NCBI RefSeq assembly: GCF_003008535.1
Contig: NZ_CP027666.1
Location: 110,389 to 142,388 of the forward strand
Length of the DNA: 32,000 nucleotides
Source of the DNA: Ottowia oryzae
GTDB taxonomy: Bacteria; Pseudomonadota; Gammaproteobacteria; Burkholderiales; Burkholderiaceae_C
Direction: 5' to 3'
The first letter of the stretch is position 1. Every line of letters begins with the position of its first letter. The notes beneath the pieces were generated by a model. The model was given only the letters and a program-made list of their open reading frames with translations, was not told where the DNA came from and did not search any database. Below are positions 19,362 through 27,979 of this stretch, in pieces. The position numbers and the translations under genes were made by a program.

Positions 19362-22300
19362 TCAATTTCTCCGCGTGAATCCCAACCAAGGGTGCCAATG
19401 CCACCCTTGGTTGTTGTCCTTGCTCACGGGCAAGCTGGCCGTCGCAAACTTTTCTGCGAAGCGGCGCAGAGGCAACGCCATGGCATCGGCCTGAGCCTGC
19501 ATGGCTGCCATGAAATCCACCTCGCCCCAACAGCTGATCTGCGGGTGCGCGAGCCGATCCGGCGCAACGCGGTCGTTGCGGCCTTCCCATTCCACGTACA
19601 GCTTCTGCCACTTTTTTTCGCCATCCTGAACGCGATGCAGCCGGTAGTCGTCCTCGTCATCCGTGGGCAACAGCACCACATCCATCTGCTGTTGTGTTTG
19701 CTGGCGAAATGGTTGAGCCTGCTGCATGGCTGCGGTCAGCCGCACATCGGCGCGCAGCCAGAAGGTGCTGGCGTTGAAATCGCCAACCGCATGGCTTGTG
19801 GATGACGCAGGGGCCTGCCGCCGCGCGACGCCGCCGCGTGTGCTGGCTCGTGCTGACGTGGTGACCGGCGTCGCACTGGCAGCTGCGCTGGGCGGAGCCA
19901 AAGGCAGCATCTGCGCTTGCATACGCACGTGCTCCAGATCAACCAGATTGCCCTGCGCATCCAGCGCGCCGGTTTGCGGTTCTCGCGGCAGCACTCGCGG
20001 TCGCGCGTCAATGGTCATGCACAGTTGTGCGTCCAGCCATGGGCCCAGCAATTGCTGAAGTTGGTGCGGTTTGAGCGGGAAAGACCGACTTTCAAAGCCG
20101 GGCTGGCAATAGGCAGCTTGGCCTGGCTGCTCGAAGTGGCGCAGGTTGGCTTCGCACACCAGTATGTTGGAGCTGGTGGGCTGCTGATCAGGTCGGTGGC
20201 GCAGCACTCGGCCAGCTAACTGAATGAGCGAGCGCATGGATGAGGGCTCGACCACGGCCCAGTCGTAGTCGTGGTCGCGTCCAACCTCGGTAACGGGTGA
20301 TCCGAGCACGATGAACACGTGCTCGGGCTCGCTGTGTGCATCCAGTGCGGCGCGAATGTCGGCGTGCGCAAACACGGCGTTGGCGCTGCCTCGGCGGTTG
20401 AGCGCCGTGTCCAACCGGTGTTCGATGGCCGAGCGCACAAACAGCGGAAATTGTGAGTGGTAAACGCACAGGTGAATGCGCGTGTTCGAAGGCACTGCTT
20501 GTTGAAACAGGGCCAAAGCCACGTCGAACAGCGGTGCTATGTTGGCCATGCGGATGAGCCCAAAGCTCACGCGTTTGGGCTCTGCGCCGCTTTGCTTGAC
20601 AAAGGCGTGGTGCGCACGGTGCAGCTGCATCGCTGCTTGCAGCAGGTGCGCGCCAAATGCGGCACGCCGCTCGACTTTTCCCAACTGAGCAAAACCTATC
20701 GGCATGGGTACGATCTGCGCGATGCGGCGCGGTGCCTTGGCCTGCTCGGTGAGCTTGGACACGCGCTTGAGCGCGAAGGCCAGATGCGCAGCGCGAAACG
20801 CGATGGCATCGGTGCATTCGGCTGCAGTACGCGCGAATTCGTCGACCCACAGGCCCATGGGGCGCGGGACTTCGTCGGGTCGTTGACCGCGGTTGTGTTG
20901 GTAGGCTTTCCGTCCTTCCCAATAGGCGAGAAACAAACCTTCAACCAGGGCTGGTGGCAAGGTGGCAGACGACAGCAATACGCGCGAGCCCAACAGCCCC
21001 GCCCAATGCACGAGACGAGCAAGCGCAGGCAGATCGGCCAGATCGAAATCGTCCGGTTCGTCCAACACCAGATCACTGCTCATCAGCCGCAACATGGGGG
21101 CAATTTGTCTGCCACCGCGTAGGCTTTCGGTCGCGGGTGTGAGGTGGTCCACCGTGCACGCCAGCACGGGCGCAGCCAGCAGTTTGCGTGCGCCGGCTTC
21201 TTGACCGAGCTGCTGAAGCACCGGGTGCTGGTCGTTGCCCTCGTACAGCACGTGCGTGGTCTCGTCGAGCAGGTCTTGCTGAGAGGCAGAGCCACTTTGC
21301 TCGGCCAAATCTTGGTAGTACGCGAACAATTCGCGGCTGGCGGTGCCCCCCACGAGAATGGCCAGTTCGTCGTCGCCCAGCTTCAACTCGTTTTGAAAGC
21401 TGCGCCCGGTTTGCAGCGTGAGTGAGCGCAATCCGATGGCGAAGGCGCAACGCATGCCGGTGGCGGGGTTGGCCAGCGCATTCATGATGCGGGCGTTGCC
21501 CAGCGTTTTACCGCAACCGGTTGAAGCCATGTTGACGATGAAGGCGCCGTGCTCCGCGGCGTGGTTGCGCACATTGGTGGCGAGATCGGCGGCACTGTCT
21601 TGCCAGCGAAAGCGCGCATCGGCACTGCGGCTTTTCAGGGTTTTGTGACCCTTGAGGTGTGGCAATTGCCGTGTCAGGCTGGGCAGTGCACGCACCAACG
21701 CGCTGGCGTGGTGCTCCACGCCCCGCAGGTGTTCCCCCAGCGTTTGGTTGGGCACGCCACCTTTAAGCGTGTTGGCGTACGGCGCCTGGGCTTCACTGGC
21801 GATAAAAGCCAGACGCTCGGGCACTGGCCGGCCGCTGGGCGCCACGCCCAGGCTGGAGTAGTGGTGATCACCCAGCATCAATGCCATGCGCGCTACGTGC
21901 ATCACATAGGTGTTGTGCAGCGGCTGAATGGAATGTGGTTGCTCCCGCAACGCCTTGGCCATTCGGGCGGCGCGCTGGCGCCATGGCTTGTCTGCGATGG
22001 GCAAACCACCACCAAAGCGCCAGTACGCCGCCACATCCTTTGCAGCCTGTGCTGCACGCGCGGCGCTGCTGTAAGGTTCGTTCCAATCAGCGTTGATTTT
22101 GCTCAGCACGTGGGCCACTTCGCCCAGCGTCATGCCTGTGCGTATCTGCCCATGAAACGCATGCGCCGAGTCATCGCCGTCCACGGGAAGAGCAGGCAGC
22201 CGGTGATGGGTGAGGATCAGCCACGCCACCGCCTGAGCCAAGGGTGGCAGGCTATTGAAAATCGCATGCGCCTCGTCCCCCGCTTGCGCGCGGTTCAGCC

Positions 22301-22907
22301 CATCCGTGATCAGGTGCGGCCCATCCCATCGCGTGTGCCAATTGGCCATTTCGCCATCACCCATGTCGGCACTGGTCACCAGTTGATCGAGCCACGGCGC
22401 GTCGCCATCCACGCTGTCGCAGCTGTGCACAAAGGCTTGAAACAGGCGGACCGAGGTCCACTCGTGGCGGTACAGGTTTTTGGTTGTCAAGTCGCCGCGT
22501 AAACGGGCCTGAAACGCATCGCTGCCCTTACCCAGGTCGTGCATCAGTGCCGCCAGCGCGGTTAGTTGCTGGATCATGCACAGGGTGTGCCAGTTGGCCT
22601 CATCCTCTGCGCGCAGCACATTGGTTTGTGTCGTGTTGGTGGGCACCGCCCCTTCTTCATTGAACTGCCGCGCATTGCCCACCACCCACAGCAATTCGCT
22701 GTGGTTTTTGCCACCGATGCGGTGGCAGGCCACAGCCGTGTTCTTGCGCGCCGTCTGCCGCAGCAGTTTTCGCAAGGTGTCCAAACCAGCTTGGGTGATG
22801 GCGGTTTGCCAGGTGCGGTCGCCACGTCGTTCGGCAAACTGGTCGAGGATGCGGCGGGTTTCGGTCAGCGCACGTTGGCTGCATTGGGAGATCAGCAGCA
22901 CGTTCAT
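19362..22907 (-). CDS. cas3: Cas2-Cas3 fusion nuclease/helicase (Cas3f, Cas2/3)
   Basis: The product is 1181 aa. It has an N-terminal Cas2-like domain ('MNVLLISQCSQRALTETRRILDQFAERRGDRTWQ'), an HD nuclease motif ('LAALMHDLGKGSDAF ... ILTHHRLP'), the SF2 helicase Walker A 'MASTGCGKT' and a DExD-like 'LVLDEPDDF'. The Cas2-Cas3 fusion is diagnostic for subtype I-F. Confidence 0.95.
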   Translation of the reverse strand: MNVLLISQCSQRALTETRRILDQFAERRGDRTWQTAITQAGLDTLRKLLRQTARKNTAVACHRIGGKNHSELLWVVGNARQFNEEGAVPTNTTQTNVLRAEDEANWHTLCMIQQLTALAALMHDLGKGSDAFQARLRGDLTTKNLYRHEWTSVRLFQAFVHSCDSVDGDAPWLDQLVTSADMGDGEMANWHTRWDGPHLITDGLNRAQAGDEAHAIFNSLPPLAQAVAWLILTHHRLPALPVDGDDSAHAFHGQIRTGMTLGEVAHVLSKINADWNEPYSSAARAAQAAKDVAAYWRFGGGLPIADKPWRQRAARMAKALREQPHSIQPLHNTYVMHVARMALMLGDHHYSSLGVAPSGRPVPERLAFIASEAQAPYANTLKGGVPNQTLGEHLRGVEHHASALVRALPSLTRQLPHLKGHKTLKSRSADARFRWQDSAADLATNVRNHAAEHGAFIVNMASTGCGKTLGNARIMNALANPATGMRCAFAIGLRSLTLQTGRSFQNELKLGDDELAILVGGTASRELFAYYQDLAEQSGSASQQDLLDETTHVLYEGNDQHPVLQQLGQEAGARKLLAAPVLACTVDHLTPATESLRGGRQIAPMLRLMSSDLVLDEPDDFDLADLPALARLVHWAGLLGSRVLLSSATLPPALVEGLFLAYWEGRKAYQHNRGQRPDEVPRPMGLWVDEFARTAAECTDAIAFRAAHLAFALKRVSKLTEQAKAPRRIAQIVPMPIGFAQLGKVERRAAFGAHLLQAAMQLHRAHHAFVKQSGAEPKRVSFGLIRMANIAPLFDVALALFQQAVPSNTRIHLCVYHSQFPLFVRSAIEHRLDTALNRRGSANAVFAHADIRAALDAHSEPEHVFIVLGSPVTEVGRDHDYDWAVVEPSSMRSLIQLAGRVLRHRPDQQPTSSNILVCEANLRHFEQPGQAAYCQPGFESRSFPLKPHQLQQLLGPWLDAQLCMTIDARPRVLPREPQTGALDAQGNLVDLEHVRMQAQMLPLAPPSAAASATPVTTSARASTRGGVARRQAPASSTSHAVGDFNASTFWLRADVRLTAAMQQAQPFRQQTQQQMDVVLLPTDDEDDYRLHRVQDGEKKWQKLYVEWEGRNDRVAPDRLAHPQISCWGEVDFMAAMQAQADAMALPLRRFAEKFATASLPVSKDNNQGWHWHPWLGFTRRN

Positions 22908-23943
22908 GCTTGACCTTCTTTTCGGCCACTCTGATTGGCTGCTGGCGCCTCCACAAGCTTTGCTGGTGCGGCATCTGCCAACTGCGCCGTTTTCACGGCG
23001 ATGTCTTTGATGCTGTCGATCATGAAATCCAGCGATTCGCTGCGGGTCAGCGCCTCAATGCAGTTGCGGCGAACTGCTGGTCTTCATCTCCGCGCATGGC
23101 GGAAAGGAATGCCTGCGGCAGGATGGCTGCATCCTTGATCAAATCCGCCACGTCAAACACCAAGCCGCCGCGCCGCGTTTTGCCGTGCAGCACCGCCAAG
23201 CCATGCGGCAAGCCCAGCACCCATGTGGCGGTTGCACCCAAGCCGTAAGCCAGGTAGTTGCCATGGTCGAGAAAGCGGTTCGCCGGGTCGGTGCCGGTGC
23301 CGCGCTTGGCACGGGTGAAATCGCCATAGCCGGTGGCGTCCACCGCCAACTTGAACAGCGCCTTGGTCAGGCGCGCTTCTTCGGTGAGCAAGGCCGTGGT
23401 GTCTTCCGCCCGATTCACTTCCGCTTGTGAGCGCGCGATCAAGTCATCCAAACGAGATAGATCGACCTGAAAGCCGGCTTCGACCCAAGCCCGTTGCGCC
23501 CACTCTGCGCGCAGGCGTTGCATGCGTGTCGTCTGCAAGGCTTTGGCAGCCATCAAGCGCAGCTCGTCGTCAAACCAGAATTTCACCCACGCTTGCAGAT
23601 ATTCGGTGGGCCTATATTCGCTTTGGGGCGTGAGCCAGGCCACCTCCACATCGACCTCGTTGGCGCTGAACAGCGGGGTGCCGCCGCCACCGCAAAAGCC
23701 CACAAGCACCCCCGCTTTGGCCAGCTCGCGCATAGCTGCCTGGGTGATCGAAGTACCCGTCCCAAGCAGGATGCTGGTGGTGTTGGCGATGGGAATGTTC
23801 CAGTACAGGCTGCGCTTGCCGGCATCGGTCACATACTCCACGCGCCCACCGTTGACCAGAACGCGGCAATGCTCCAAGTAATACAGGTTGGCACGTTTGG
23901 AGTGCAGAACCGTCTTCAGGTCTGAGGCAGGAAGATCTCGCAT
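22904..23943 (-). pseudogene. cas1: Type I-F cas1 with a 1-nt frame disruption near 23070 (either a truncated 298-aa product or a sequencing error)
   Basis: The main ORF 23047-23943 encodes I-F Cas1 ('LYYLEHCRVLVNGGRVEYV', 'HGKTRRGGLVFDVADLIKD') and stops after '...GDEDQQFAATALRR'. The -1 frame continues as 'RRNCIEALTRSESLDFMIDSIKDIAVK...', which is the expected conserved Cas1 C-terminus. That frame ends in a TGA overlapping the cas2-3 ATG (ATGA at 22904-22907). Confidence 0.85.
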
Positions 23944-24034
23944 GGTGCGCCAACTTTACGGGCAAATACGGACCTCATCTGGCGGCACCGCTCACCGCTC
24001 GATCCCAAGTAAAACGCCACCCCAACCAAGCAGC

Positions 24035-24066
24035 AAAAAGCCCCAACGCCGCAAGGTGCTGGGGCT
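24035..24066 (-). terminator. Putative rho-independent terminator downstream of the mmsA-like gene
   Basis: On the minus strand the stem AGCCCCA ... TGGGGCT (7 bp, 14-nt loop) is followed by TTTT. It lies ~35 nt after the mmsA stop and upstream of cas1. Confidence 0.5.
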
Positions 24067-24099
24067 TGTGTTCTGGCGGCTGCGCTGCCGCAAAAAAAC

Positions 24100-25626
24100 T
24101 CAGCGGCTGCTCGGGAAGCTGAACATCGCCCCCTCGCGCACACCGGCTGAGGGCCAGCGCTGCGTGATCGTCTTGCGCTTGGTGTAGAAGCGCACCGCGT
24201 CAGGGCCGTAGGCGTGCAGGTCGCCGAACAGGCTGCGCTTCCAGCCGCCGAACGAGTGGTAGGCCACCGGCACGGGCAGCGGCACGTTGATGCCGACCAT
24301 GCCCACGAGGATGTGGTCGCTGAAGTAACGCGCCGCCTCGCCATCGCGGGTGAAGATGCAGGTGCCGTTGCCGTATTCGTGGTCGTTGATCAGCTTCATG
24401 GCCTCTTCCAGCGTCTTCACGCGCACGATGCCCAGCACCGGGCCGAAGATTTCTTCCTGGTAGATGCTCATGCCCGGCTTGACGTGGTCGAACAGGCAGG
24501 GCCCAAGGAAGTAGCCGTCTTCGTGCCCCTTGACCTTCAGGCCGCGCCCGTCCACCAGCAGCGTGGCGCCTTCGGCCACGCCCGCGTCGACATAGGCCTT
24601 TACCTTCTCGAAATGCGGCTTGGTGACCAGCGGGCCCATGTCGTTGCCGCCGTTGTCGGTCTGCGTGCCGGGGCCCACCTTCATTTTGGCGATCTCGGTT
24701 TTCAGGCCGTCGATCATCTTGTCGGCCACCTCATCGCCCACGGCCACGATCAGCGGCACGGCCATGCAGCGCTCACCGCAGCTGCCGTAGGCGGCGCCCA
24801 TCATGGCGCTGACGGCGTTGGCAATGTCGGCGTCGGGCATGACCACGGCGTGGTTCTTGGCGCCGCCCAGGGCCTGCACGCGCTGGCCGTGCTTGGCGCC
24901 TTCGCTGTAGATGTATTCGGCGATCGGCGTAGAGCCCACGAAGCTCACCGCCTTCACGCGCGGGTCGTGCAGCAGCGTGTCCACCGCTTCCTTGTCGCCG
25001 TTGACCACGTTCAGCACGCCGGGCGGCAGGCCCGCCTCTTGCGCCAGTTGGGCGATCAGCAGTGCGCTGCTGGGGTCGCGCTCACTGGGTTTCAGCACAA
25101 AGCTGTTGCCGCAGACCACGGCCATCGGCCACATCCACAGCGGCACCATGGCCGGAAAGTTGAAGGGCGTGATGCCCGCGGTAACGCCCAGCGGCTGGAA
25201 TTCGCTCCAGCTGTCGATGCCGGGGCCGGCGTTGCGGCTGTGCTCGCCCTTGAGCAGCTCGGGCGCGTAGCTGGCGTATTCCACGTTCTCGATGCCGCGC
25301 TGCAGCTCGCCCATGGCGTCGCCCAGCACCTTGCCGTGCTCGGCGGTGATCAGCTGCACGATCTCGTCGGCGCGCTGCTCCAGCAGCACCTTGAGCTTGC
25401 TCATGACCCGCGCGCGCTTGAGCGGCGGCGTGTCGCGCCAGGCCGGGTAGGCTTTCTCGGCGCTGGCGATGGCCGCCTCTACGGTGGCCACGCTGGCCAG
25501 CGCCACGTGCGCGCTGACCTGGCCCGTGGCGGGGTTGAACACCGGCTGCGTGCGCGCCGTGTCGTTGACGATCTGGCCGTCGATCAGGTGGCCGATGGTG
25601 CGGGTAACGTTCTTGTCGTGTTGCAT
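24100..25626 (-). CDS. mmsA: CoA-acylating methylmalonate/malonate-semialdehyde dehydrogenase
   Basis: This is an aldehyde dehydrogenase superfamily protein with MmsA-type hallmarks ('IGHLIDGQ', 'FNFPAMVPLWMWPMAVVCGNSFVLKPSE', 'GERCMA', C-terminal 'KTITQRWP'). I prefer the ATG at 25626 (MQHDKNVTRTIGHLIDGQ) over the GTG at 25650. The symbol is by family; it could equally be called bauC-like. Confidence 0.88.
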   Translation of the reverse strand: MQHDKNVTRTIGHLIDGQIVNDTARTQPVFNPATGQVSAHVALASVATVEAAIASAEKAYPAWRDTPPLKRARVMSKLKVLLEQRADEIVQLITAEHGKVLGDAMGELQRGIENVEYASYAPELLKGEHSRNAGPGIDSWSEFQPLGVTAGITPFNFPAMVPLWMWPMAVVCGNSFVLKPSERDPSSALLIAQLAQEAGLPPGVLNVVNGDKEAVDTLLHDPRVKAVSFVGSTPIAEYIYSEGAKHGQRVQALGGAKNHAVVMPDADIANAVSAMMGAAYGSCGERCMAVPLIVAVGDEVADKMIDGLKTEIAKMKVGPGTQTDNGGNDMGPLVTKPHFEKVKAYVDAGVAEGATLLVDGRGLKVKGHEDGYFLGPCLFDHVKPGMSIYQEEIFGPVLGIVRVKTLEEAMKLINDHEYGNGTCIFTRDGEAARYFSDHILVGMVGINVPLPVPVAYHSFGGWKRSLFGDLHAYGPDAVRFYTKRKTITQRWPSAGVREGAMFSFPSSR

Positions 25627-25650
25627 GGTTCTATCAGTCAAATGTGCCAC

Positions 25651-25695
25651 CAGCGCCCGTCCATCCTGCGCCAGCAGCTATCAAAAAAAGAGTTA
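25651..25695 (+). repeat. Dispersed intergenic repeat, copy b
   Basis: The sequence is ..CCTGCGCCAGCAGCTATCAAAAAAAGAG.. It sits in the 74-bp spacer between the DJ-1-family gene and the mmsA-like gene. Confidence 0.65.
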
Positions 25696-25700
25696 TCAGC

Positions 25701-26330
25701 TCAAGCCGCCAGGGCGGCTTGCGGCGCCAGCGTGGGGGTGACGTGCGCCAGCGCACGCTCTACGTCCGCGGCCTTTTCGCCCACGGGCGCGAAGTAGTGC
25801 ATCACCTCGCGCGCCGCGTCGATGCCCTTCAGCCGCGCGATCAGCCACGTCACCAGGTAGGGCGCCGCCATGCAGCCGCCGGCGGTGGCGACGTTGCCTT
25901 GCGCCGCAAAGGGCTGGTTGACCACGTCGACACCCGACGCCACCACCCAGGGCTTGCTGGTCAGGTCGGTGCACGCGGGCACCCCTTGCAGCACGCCCAG
26001 TTGGCCGAGCAGGAAGGTGCCCGAGCACTGCGCCGCCAGCAGCTGGCGCGACGGGTTCAGCCGCAGCTGGCCCATGATGGCCGGGTTGGCCGCCACTTCG
26101 CGCGTTTTCATGCCGCTGCCGATCAGCACCGCATCGGCATCGCCCACGCGCGAGAGGTCTTCGTGCGCGTCGATGGTCAGGCCGTTCATCGACGTGACGC
26201 GCGGCGTGGGGCTGGCGATGCGCACCTGCCAATCCGCGTCGCCCAACAGCGCGATGCGGTTGAGCATGGCGTACGCCACCAGCGAATCGAGGTCGTTGAA
26301 GGCGTCGAAGGTGAGGATGGCGATGTGCAT
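25701..26330 (-). CDS. DJ-1/PfpI-family protein
   Basis: From the ATG at 26330 the product reads 'MHIAILTFDAFNDLDSLVAY...', with a nucleophile-elbow-like 'AAQCSGTFLL' typical of the DJ-1/PfpI/class I glutamine amidotransferase-like fold. The upstream extension in the ORF track has no support. Confidence 0.75.
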   Translation of the reverse strand: MHIAILTFDAFNDLDSLVAYAMLNRIALLGDADWQVRIASPTPRVTSMNGLTIDAHEDLSRVGDADAVLIGSGMKTREVAANPAIMGQLRLNPSRQLLAAQCSGTFLLGQLGVLQGVPACTDLTSKPWVVASGVDVVNQPFAAQGNVATAGGCMAAPYLVTWLIARLKGIDAAREVMHYFAPVGEKAADVERALAHVTPTLAPQAALAA

Positions 26331-26347
26331 GGGTTTTGAATGAAATC

Positions 26348-26395
26348 GGCCGATAGCGCAGGTGCAACCATCGCCGGCAGCTATCAAAACATGAG
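26348..26395 (+). repeat. Dispersed intergenic repeat, copy c (more diverged)
   Basis: The sequence is GGCCGATAGCGCAGGTGCAACCATCGCCGGCAGCTATCAAAACATGAG. It sits in the 86-bp spacer between the aminotransferase and DJ-1-family genes. Confidence 0.6.
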
Positions 26396-26416
26396 TAATC
26401 TGCCGGCGCGGGCCAC

Positions 26417-27781
26417 TCAGGCGGTTTCGTTCAGCGCATCGCCCAGCGCGCCGACCAGCCGGTCGATCTCGGCCTTTTCACTGATGAAGGGCGGCGCCAG
26501 CTGGATGGTGTCACCGCCGTAGCGCACGTAAAAGCCTTTCTTCCAGCACGCCATGGCGATCTCGTACGGGCGGCGTGCGGGCTCGCCGGGCAGCGGCGCG
26601 ATGGTGATGCCAGCGGCCAGGCCGTAGTTGCGGATGTCCGCCACGTGCTTGGCGCCCTTCAGGCTGTGCACGGCGGCCTCGAAGTGCGGCGCGAGGGCCT
26701 TCGCGCGGGCGGGGCCGTCTTCTTGGTCGAGCAGCTCCAGCGCGGCCACGCCAGCGGCGCAGGCGACGGGGTGCGCGCTGTAGGTGTAGCCGTGGGCGAA
26801 TTCGAGCATGTAGTCGGGCCCGCCGGCGGCCATGAAGGTGTCGTAGATGTCCTTGCCCGCCACCACGCCGCCCAGCGGCTGTACGCCGTTGGTGACCTGC
26901 TTGGCAAAGGTCATGATGTCGGGCACCACGCCAAAGGCGTCGCTGCCGGTCATGGCGCCGCAGCGGCCAAAGGCGGTGATGACTTCGTCGAAGATCAGCA
27001 GGATGTCGTGCTGCGTGCAGATTTCGCGCAGGCGCTGCAGGTAGCCCACGGGCGGAATCACCACGCCGGCCGAGCCGCTGAACGGCTCCACGATGACGGC
27101 GGCGACGTTGCTGGCGTCATTCAGCGCGATGATGTCCAGCAGGCGGTCGGCCAGCGCCACGCCGCCTTCCAGCGGCTGGCCCTTGACGAAGCTGCCCATG
27201 GGCGGCTGGGTGTGCGGCAGGTGCGCGGCGGGCACGCCCTGGCCGTACAGCTTGCGGTTGGCCGACAGGCCGCCGACCGAGATGCCGCCGTAGTTCACGC
27301 CGTGGTAGCCCTTCTCGCGGCCCACCAGCAGCTGCTTGCCGCCCTGGCCTTTCAGGCGCCAGTAGGCGCGCGCCATTTTCAGCGCCGTGTCGGCCGCCTC
27401 AGAGCCGCTGGCGCAGAAGAACACGTGGTCGAGCCCCGCCGGGGTGCGCGCCTTGATGGCGTTGGCCAGCTCGAACGACAACGGGTGGCCAAACTGGAAG
27501 GCGGGCGAATAGTCGAGCTGCGCGGCCTGCTTGCCCACGGCTTCGGCGATTTCTCGGCGGCCATGGCCCAGGCCCGTGCACCACAGGCCGGACAAGCCGT
27601 CGAACACCTGGCGGCCGTCTCTGTCGGTGAGGTACGCGCCCTGCGCGCCCACGATCATGCGCGGGTCGCGCTTGAACTGGCGGTTGGCGGTGAAGGGCAT
27701 CCAGTGCGCTTCCAGCCAGGCGGCGTCGGTGCGCGTGCCGCCTTGGGCAGCGGTGGAGGGGTTGGCGGTGCTCACGCTCAT
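26417..27781 (-). CDS. Omega-amino acid (beta-alanine):pyruvate aminotransferase, class III PLP enzyme
   Basis: The product is strongly collinear with the Pseudomonas beta-alanine-pyruvate transaminase as recalled ('AHWMPFTANRQFKRDPRMIV', 'LIFDEVITAFGR', 'FAKQVTNG', 'HGYTYSAHPVACAAG'). The ATG at 27781 is preceded by a GGAG SD (caGGAGatcctcATG). It is BauA-like. Confidence 0.9.
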   Translation of the reverse strand: MSVSTANPSTAAQGGTRTDAAWLEAHWMPFTANRQFKRDPRMIVGAQGAYLTDRDGRQVFDGLSGLWCTGLGHGRREIAEAVGKQAAQLDYSPAFQFGHPLSFELANAIKARTPAGLDHVFFCASGSEAADTALKMARAYWRLKGQGGKQLLVGREKGYHGVNYGGISVGGLSANRKLYGQGVPAAHLPHTQPPMGSFVKGQPLEGGVALADRLLDIIALNDASNVAAVIVEPFSGSAGVVIPPVGYLQRLREICTQHDILLIFDEVITAFGRCGAMTGSDAFGVVPDIMTFAKQVTNGVQPLGGVVAGKDIYDTFMAAGGPDYMLEFAHGYTYSAHPVACAAGVAALELLDQEDGPARAKALAPHFEAAVHSLKGAKHVADIRNYGLAAGITIAPLPGEPARRPYEIAMACWKKGFYVRYGGDTIQLAPPFISEKAEIDRLVGALGDALNETA

Positions 27782-27979
27782 GAGGATCTCCTGCAAGGGT
27801 GCGGGTGAAAGCGGCCAGGCGCGGGCCGCCCAAAAAAGGCCATTGTCCTGCCCGCGTTTAGCCGGTTAAATACGCAAATATCCAAGTTCAGTTGCCGATC
27901 TATGCAAGTAAAAAACACCGCCGCGCCAGCAGGCAGCGCCCCAGGGCGCCCGCGCGCCCTGATCGGGCAGGTGAGCGAC

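Noticed and set aside
23944-24099. A possible second CRISPR array, or an anti-CRISPR/aca-type small gene, upstream of cas1.
   Set aside because: No copy of the repeat and no credible small ORF is present in this 156-bp spacer. It holds only the mmsA terminator-like hairpin and presumably the cas promoter.
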